Shown: positions 63,396-64,000 of the stretch, piece after piece | How the letters are laid out: each line of letters begins with the position of its first letter | Numbering within the stretch: position 1 is the stretch's first letter | Assembly: GCA_030390025.1 (NCBI GenBank) | Contig: CM059431.1 | Coordinates: forward strand, 157,296,001-157,360,000 | Length of the DNA stretch: 64,000 nt | Reading direction: 5' to 3' | From: Squalus acanthias | Lineage: Eukaryota | Notes under the pieces: generated by a model | What the model saw: only the letters and a program-made list of their open reading frames with translations | Told to the model about the DNA's origin: nothing | Database searches by the model: none | Translations under genes and position numbers: made by a program

Positions 63396-64000
63396 CTGAA
63401 TGTATTGTCAAGGTGTAAATGAGAACATATTAAAATACTGAGCCCGCTATAAAACAAAGAATACTCTGCACCAACTGATATAGCAACAGCGTTTATTAAA
63501 GCCTTTCAAGCAGTGCTACCGCAAGTGGCGCCTCACAGAGGAGGTATTAAGAATTAAAGCTGACTCTTTTTTGGTATAGTTAGGAGGAACGACTCAGTCC
63601 TTGCAACATTCGGAGGCTGGTTAAAGTTAGTAAGCAGTAGAAAGAGGGGGATCCTTAGGAACGGAGTCAGTGGGATTGATATCTTTAACTGGAGTGCGGA
63701 GCAGAAAAACCGATACACTAGAAATCACCGCGAAGGAGAGTTGTGTAACAGAGGGGATGCAGAGAAGACTGTAGGGATAAGGTGGGTGGGGCTGTACATT
63801 TATTGTAAATTGAGTAGGATCATTTCACACATGATCAATTTGGGATAAGAAGTGAATGTAAGTCAGTGACCAAGTGGTTTACGGACTTGAGAGTGAATTT
63901 GAATTGAAGCAATAGAGCTGTAGAAAAGTTGAAGTTTAAGACGGGCAAAGCCCAAATGTCGTGTGAGGATTCAAGTCTAAAGCTCACAAAAGCATGGATA

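Larger units (their letters stand above)
41530..64000. repeat. Tandem segmental array of death-fold units (copies begin ~41530, ~55700, ~61975)
   Basis: agctgg(c)caggaatcaaggc recurs at the three starts. Exon A offset between the last two copies is 6270 bp; 53040-55700 matches 59480-61975. Confidence 0.9.

Noticed and set aside
1..64000. Complete NLR gene
   Set aside because: No NACHT exon (no P-loop GxxGxGKT or DGLDE motif) and no LRR exons were found.

Overview
Vertebrate genomic DNA, very probably from a cartilaginous fish, judged from its CR1, L2 and Penelope repeat types. Most of the window is transposon-derived: five young or near-full-length CR1 LINEs, many old L2 and CR1 fragments, three ~740-750 bp PIF/Harbinger-type MITEs, and one LTR element with a tRNA-Arg-like primer-binding site. 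Between the repeats are short minus-strand exons that the ORF track shows only in part, arranged in two tandem segmental arrays. (1) About 6.4-41.5 kb: three ~7.5 kb units carrying leader exons ('xAEGPNRGKDPT...'). (2) About 41.5-64 kb: units carrying a two-exon CARD/death-fold-like module (exon A phase 1-0, exon B phase 0-1). From memory, the leader, A and B peptides resemble the N-terminus of the expanded elasmobranch NLR-like proteins; this was not verified by search. No NACHT exon is present. Instead, a transmembrane exon with acidic TM residues and an ITIM-consensus IDYAQL lies immediately upstream of one exon A, and a candidate stop exon follows exon B. The most interesting hypothesis is a family of membrane-anchored receptors built from an NLR-type death-fold module, including a copy with an in-frame doubled module. 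All gene models were read by hand from splice signals and need transcript evidence.
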